NCBI GenBank assembly: GCA_044360025.1
Contig: JBIKLC010000012.1
Location: 15,225 to 79,224 of the forward strand
Origin: Rubrivivax sp.
GTDB taxonomy: Bacteria; Pseudomonadota; Gammaproteobacteria; Burkholderiales; Burkholderiaceae_C
DNA: 64,000 nucleotides
Direction: 5' to 3'
The position numbers and the translations under genes were made by a program. Positions 59,832 to 64,000 of the stretch are shown piece after piece; the stretch's first letter is position 1; each line of letters opens with the position of its first letter. The notes below the pieces were generated by a model. That model was not told where the DNA came from and ran no database searches. It was given only the letters and a program-made list of their open reading frames with translations.

Positions 59832-62669
59832 ATGCTGCCGATCCACGCCCACGACACCGACCACGGCACGCCGGCGCGCACCAGCGACACCGCGGTCACG
59901 CTGCAGGTCGACGGCCATGCCGTCACCGTGCCGGCGGGCACCTCGGTCATGCGCGCGGCCGTCGAGGCCGGCGTGCGGGTGCCCAAGCTGTGCGCCACCG
60001 ACAGCCTGGAGCCCTTCGGCAGCTGCCGCCTGTGCCTGGTGGAGGTCGAGGGCCGCCGCGGCTACCCGGCGAGCTGCACCACGCCGGTGGAGCCCGGCAT
60101 GGTGGTGCGCACGCAGACACCCAGGCTGGCCGAGCTGCGCCGCGGCGTGATGGAGCTTTACATCTCCGACCACCCGCTGGACTGCTTGACCTGCAGCGCC
60201 AACGGCAACTGCGAGCTGCAGGACATGGCCGGCGCCGTGGGCCTGCGCGCCGTGCGCTACGGCGTGGGCGCGGCGGCGGGGGCGCACCACACGCAGGCGG
60301 CCAAGGACGAATCCAACCCCTACTTCACCTACGACCCGTCCAAGTGCATCGTCTGCAGCCGCTGCGTGCGCGCCTGCGAGGAGGTGCAGGGCACCTTCGC
60401 GCTGACGATCTCGGGCCGCGGCTTCGACAGCCGCGTCTCGCCCGGGCAGGACGAGGCTTTCATGGGCAGCGAGTGCGTGAGCTGCGGCGCTTGCGTCGAG
60501 GCCTGCCCCACCGCCACGCTGCAGGAGAAGAGCGTCATCGCGCTCGGCCAGGCCGAGCACGCCGTGACCACCACCTGCGCCTACTGCGGCGTGGGCTGCG
60601 GCTTCAAGGCCGAGATGAAGGGCAGCACCGTCGTGCGCATGGTGCCCTGGAAGGACGGCAAGGCCAACGAGGGCCACGCCTGCGTGAAGGGCCGATTCGC
60701 CTGGGGCTACGCCACGCACCCCGACCGCCTGAAGGCGCCGCGCATCCGCGAGCGCATCACCGACCCCTGGCGCGAGGTGTCCTGGGACGAGGCCATCGCC
60801 TTCGCCGCCGGGCGCTTCAAGGCCATCCAGGCCGCCCACGGGCCCGATGCCGTGGGCGGCATCACCAGCAGCCGCTGCACCAACGAGGAGACCTACCTCG
60901 TGCAGAAGCTGGTGCGTGCGGCCTTCGGCACCAACAACGTCGACACCTGCGCGCGCGTGTGCCACTCGCCCACCGGCTACGGCCTGGGCCAGACCTACGG
61001 CACCAGCGCCGGCACGCAGGACTTCGCCAGCGTCGCCCACGCCGACGTGGTGCTGGTGATCGGCGCCAACCCGTCCGACGCGCACCCGGTGTTCGCGTCG
61101 CGGCTGAAGCGCAGGCTGCGCCAGGGCGCGGCGCTGATCGTGGTGGACCCGCGTCGCATCGACCTGGTGCGCACGCCGCACGTGCAGGCCGAGCATCACC
61201 TGCCACTGCGCCCGGGCACCAACGTTGCCGTGCTCAATGCGCTGGCGCACGTGGTGGTGACGGAAGGCCTGGTGAACGAGCCCTTCGTGGCCGAGCGCTG
61301 CGAGCGCGCCAGCTTCGAGGCCTGGCGCGCGTTCGTGGCGCGGCCCGAGCACGCGCCCGAGGCCGCAGAAACGGTGACCGGCGTGCCCGCCGCCGCGCTG
61401 CGCGCCGCCGCGCGACGCTACGCCGCAGGCCCCAACAGTGCCATTTACTACGGGCTGGGCGTCACCGAGCACGCGCAGGGGTCGACGGCCGTGATCGCCA
61501 TCGCCAACCTGGCCATGGCCTGCGGCATGGTGGGCCGCGAGGGCGTGGGGGTGAACCCGCTGCGCGGCCAGAACAACGTGCAGGGCGCCTGCGACATGGG
61601 CAGCTTCCCGCACGAGCTGCCGGGCTACCGGCACGTGTCGGACGCCACCGTGCGCGCCGATTTCGAGGCCGCCTGGGGCGTGACGCTCAGCCCCGAGCCC
61701 GGCCTGCGCATCCCGAACATGTTCGACGCCGCGCTGGCCGGTCGCTTCAAGGGCCTGTACTGCCAAGGCGAGGACATCCTGCAATCCGACCCCGACACCC
61801 ATCACGTGGCCGCCGCGCTGGCCGCGATGGACTGCGTGGTGGTGCAGGACCTGTTCGAGAACGAGACCGCGAAGTACGCCCACGTGCTGCTGCCCGGCAG
61901 CAGCTTCCTCGAGAAGGACGGCACCTTCACCAACGCCGAGCGCCGCATCAGCCGCGTGCGCCGCGTGATGCCGCCGCTGGCCGGCCTGGCCGACTGGGAG
62001 GTGACGGCAAGGCTGGCGCAGGCGCTGGGCTACCCGATGCGCTACGCGCACCCCGAGGAGATCATGCGCGAGATCGCCGCGCTCACGCCCAGCTTCGCCG
62101 GCGTGAGCTACGAGAAGATCGACCGCCTGGGCAGCGTGCAGTGGCCCTGCCACGCCGGCACCGCCGAGGCCGGCACCTCGGTGATGCACGCGGGCGGCTT
62201 CGTGCGTGGCAAGGGCCGCTTCTTCAACACGCCCTTCGTCGCCAGCGACGAGAAGGTCACGCGGCGCTTCCCGCTGCTGCTGACCACCGGCCGCATCCTC
62301 AGCCAGTACAACGTGGGCGCGCAGACGCGCCGCACGGCCAACACCGCCTGGCACGACGAGGACCGCCTGGACATGCACCCGCACGACGCCGAGGCCCGCG
62401 GCATCCGCGATGGCGAGCACGTCACGCTGCAAAGCCGCGCCGGCCAGACGACGCTGCGCGCGCGCCTGACCGACCGACTGCAGCCGGGCGTCGTCTACAC
62501 CACCTTCCACTTCCCCGGCAGCGGCGCCAACGTGGTGACGACCGACAGCTCCGACTGGGCCACCAACTGCCCCGAGTACAAGGTGACGGCGGTGCAGGTG
62601 GCGCGCGTCATGGCCATCGTGCCGGCGCCCGCCGCGCGCCCCGCGGCGGCGCTGGAGGAAGGGCGATGA
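59832..62669 (+). CDS. fdsA: NAD-dependent formate dehydrogenase alpha subunit (Mo-bisPGD, Cys ligand)
   Basis: CRLCLVE, HPLDCLTC, CIVCSRCVRAC, CVSCGACVEAC, CAYCGVGC, DTCARVCH and RGQNNVQG. Confidence 0.97.
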   Translation: MLPIHAHDTDHGTPARTSDTAVTLQVDGHAVTVPAGTSVMRAAVEAGVRVPKLCATDSLEPFGSCRLCLVEVEGRRGYPASCTTPVEPGMVVRTQTPRLAELRRGVMELYISDHPLDCLTCSANGNCELQDMAGAVGLRAVRYGVGAAAGAHHTQAAKDESNPYFTYDPSKCIVCSRCVRACEEVQGTFALTISGRGFDSRVSPGQDEAFMGSECVSCGACVEACPTATLQEKSVIALGQAEHAVTTTCAYCGVGCGFKAEMKGSTVVRMVPWKDGKANEGHACVKGRFAWGYATHPDRLKAPRIRERITDPWREVSWDEAIAFAAGRFKAIQAAHGPDAVGGITSSRCTNEETYLVQKLVRAAFGTNNVDTCARVCHSPTGYGLGQTYGTSAGTQDFASVAHADVVLVIGANPSDAHPVFASRLKRRLRQGAALIVVDPRRIDLVRTPHVQAEHHLPLRPGTNVAVLNALAHVVVTEGLVNEPFVAERCERASFEAWRAFVARPEHAPEAAETVTGVPAAALRAAARRYAAGPNSAIYYGLGVTEHAQGSTAVIAIANLAMACGMVGREGVGVNPLRGQNNVQGACDMGSFPHELPGYRHVSDATVRADFEAAWGVTLSPEPGLRIPNMFDAALAGRFKGLYCQGEDILQSDPDTHHVAAALAAMDCVVVQDLFENETAKYAHVLLPGSSFLEKDGTFTNAERRISRVRRVMPPLAGLADWEVTARLAQALGYPMRYAHPEEIMREIAALTPSFAGVSYEKIDRLGSVQWPCHAGTAEAGTSVMHAGGFVRGKGRFFNTPFVASDEKVTRRFPLLLTTGRILSQYNVGAQTRRTANTAWHDEDRLDMHPHDAEARGIRDGEHVTLQSRAGQTTLRARLTDRLQPGVVYTTFHFPGSGANVVTTDSSDWATNCPEYKVTAVQVARVMAIVPAPAARPAAALEEGR

Positions 62670-63490
62670 GCGGCCCCGCGCCTGCCGGCGCCGTGGCGGC
62701 CGAGGTGTGCGTGCAGCGCGATGGCGCCGTGGCCACCCGGCCCGACTGGCTGGCCGACGAGGTGCCCGTGGCGCTGGTGGCGGATGGCATCTCGCAGGCC
62801 GTGATGCTGGCCACGCCGGCCGATCTGGAGGACTTCGCGCTCGGCTTCGCGCTCACCGAGGGCTGGATCGCCCGCGCGGACGAGCTGTATGCGGTGGAGG
62901 CGCTGGCCACGCCGCAGGGCATCGAGCTGCAGATGGCGCTGGCGGCCTCTCGCCGCTGGGCGCTGCGGGAGCGCCGACGCTCTCTGGCCGGTCGCACCGG
63001 CTGCGGCCTTTGCGGCGTGGAGAGCCTGGCGGCGGTGGAGCGCCCACTGCCGGCCGTGATGCCGCCCGCGCTGGCCCTCGGCGCCCTGGCGCGCGCCGTG
63101 GACGAACTCGGCCACCGCCAGCCCCTGAATGCCCTGACGGGCGCCACCCACGCGGCCGCGTGGTGCGCCAGTGACGGCGCGGTGCAGCTGGTGCGCGAGG
63201 ACATCGGCCGCCACAACGCACTCGACAAGCTCGTGGGCGCCATGGCGCGCGCCGGCGTCCGCCCGGGCGAGGGCTTCGTCACGGTGACCAGCCGCGCCAG
63301 CTTCGAGATGGTGCACAAGGCCGCGGCCGCGGGCGTGGGACTGCTGGCCGCCGTGTCGGCGCCCACCGCGCGCGCCGTGCGGACTGCCGACGCCTGCGGG
63401 CTCGCGCTGGCCGGCTTCGTGCGTGGCGACGACGCCGTGTTCTACGGCCGGGGCGCTGCGCCGGGCGGCGGGGCGCAGGGGGCGGCATGA
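62666..63490 (+). CDS. fdhD: Formate dehydrogenase accessory sulfurtransferase FdsC/FdhD
   Basis: EDFALGFALTEG, GCGLCG, TGATHAAA, EDIGRHNALDK and TSRASFEMV. Confidence 0.95.
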   Translation: MSGPAPAGAVAAEVCVQRDGAVATRPDWLADEVPVALVADGISQAVMLATPADLEDFALGFALTEGWIARADELYAVEALATPQGIELQMALAASRRWALRERRRSLAGRTGCGLCGVESLAAVERPLPAVMPPALALGALARAVDELGHRQPLNALTGATHAAAWCASDGAVQLVREDIGRHNALDKLVGAMARAGVRPGEGFVTVTSRASFEMVHKAAAAGVGLLAAVSAPTARAVRTADACGLALAGFVRGDDAVFYGRGAAPGGGAQGAA

Positions 63491-63717
63491 AGATCGACGA
63501 TAGCGAGCTCGCGCACCTGGTGCGCGGCGCCAATCGCATCGGCGAGTTCTTTGCCGCCATGCCGGATGCCGCCGAGGCGCGTGCCGGGATCGCCGGCCAC
63601 TTGCGGCGCTACTGGGCGCCCGCCCTACGCCAGCGTCTGCTGCAGCACTTGAAGGAAACCAGCGGCGAAGGGCTCGATCCGCTGGTGGTCGAGGCCTTGC
63701 GCAGTTTGTCGGACTGA
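63487..63717 (+). CDS. fdsD: Formate dehydrogenase delta subunit
   Basis: LVRGANRIGEFF...IAGHLRRYWAPALR; last gene of fdsGBACD. Confidence 0.9.
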   Translation: MKIDDSELAHLVRGANRIGEFFAAMPDAAEARAGIAGHLRRYWAPALRQRLLQHLKETSGEGLDPLVVEALRSLSD

Positions 63718-63763
63718 CCGCGGCCCCCGCGACGGGGCCGCGCCGCGGCTCGGTGCCGGCGGT

Positions 63764-64000
63764 TCAGCGGCGCGAGGCGACGAGCTCGGCTTGATCGCGA
63801 CGGGGCGTTGCGGTCTGGGCCGCCTGGTCACGCTCGGCGTCCGATTCGGGCCTGATGTTCTGCGCCAGGTCGCCCTTTGGGCCCTGCACCAGATCAAAAG
63901 TCACGCGGCCGCCCTGCTTGAGCGTGCGGAAGCCCTCCATCTGCACCGCCGAGAAATGCGCGAACACGTCGGTACCGCCCCCCTCGGGTTCGATGAACCC
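63764..64000 (-). CDS. Cold-shock domain protein, CspD-like (5' end outside the window)
   Basis: GFIEPEGGGTDVFAHFSAVQMEGFRTLKQG...QGPKG, with a C-terminal extension. Confidence 0.9.
   Translation of the reverse strand, partial: GFIEPEGGGTDVFAHFSAVQMEGFRTLKQGGRVTFDLVQGPKGDLAQNIRPESDAERDQAAQTATPRRDQAELVASRR

Noticed and set aside
59832-62669. Possible selenocysteine in FdsA
   Set aside because: The frame is open without an internal TGA, and the Mo ligand position is Cys (DTCARVCH).

Overview
Very GC-rich betaproteobacterial chromosome, Burkholderiales of the Rubrivivax/Sphaerotilus type (taxonomy inferred from gene order and protein style). About two thirds is conserved core in canonical order: hisS-yfgM-bamB-der-hfq-hflXKC-DUF2065-hisZ-purA-PRTase, tRNA-Leu(CAG)/rnr, rpsB-tsf-pyrH-frr-uppS-cdsA-dxr-rseP-bamA-skp-lpxD-fabZ-lpxA-lpxB-rnhB-trmH-like, ppsR/ppsA, rpsF-priB-rpsR-rplI-dnaB, and hslR-grpE-dnaK-dnaJ. 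It ends with an fdsGBACD NAD-dependent formate dehydrogenase operon and a partial cold-shock gene. Three stretches are less ordinary. (1) 35.8-41.9 kb: a YggT-like/TPR pair, DUF4212 plus a VC_2705-type sodium:solute symporter with an EF-hand-like loop, and a cNMP-CBS-DUF294 nucleotidyltransferase plus DEDDh nuclease pair behind an FNR-like class II promoter. This pair is the best candidate for an uncharacterised writer/eraser signalling system. (2) 45.1-46.8 kb: an orphan receiver-TPR gene of lower GC between dnaB and dnaJ. (3) 51.5-57.7 kb: a patchwork of an orphan membrane Ser/Thr kinase with a 4-Cys tail, a (GGCT)7 repeat with an acyl-CoA-ligase-like remnant, a PEP-CTERM gene, a stand-alone DEDDh protein, a decayed phosphoglycolate phosphatase, and TauE plus DUF3422 divergent from fds across a tandem 12-bp repeat. 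I saw no CRISPR array, transposase, integrase or rRNA. All family assignments come from motif recognition by eye; no database searches were run.
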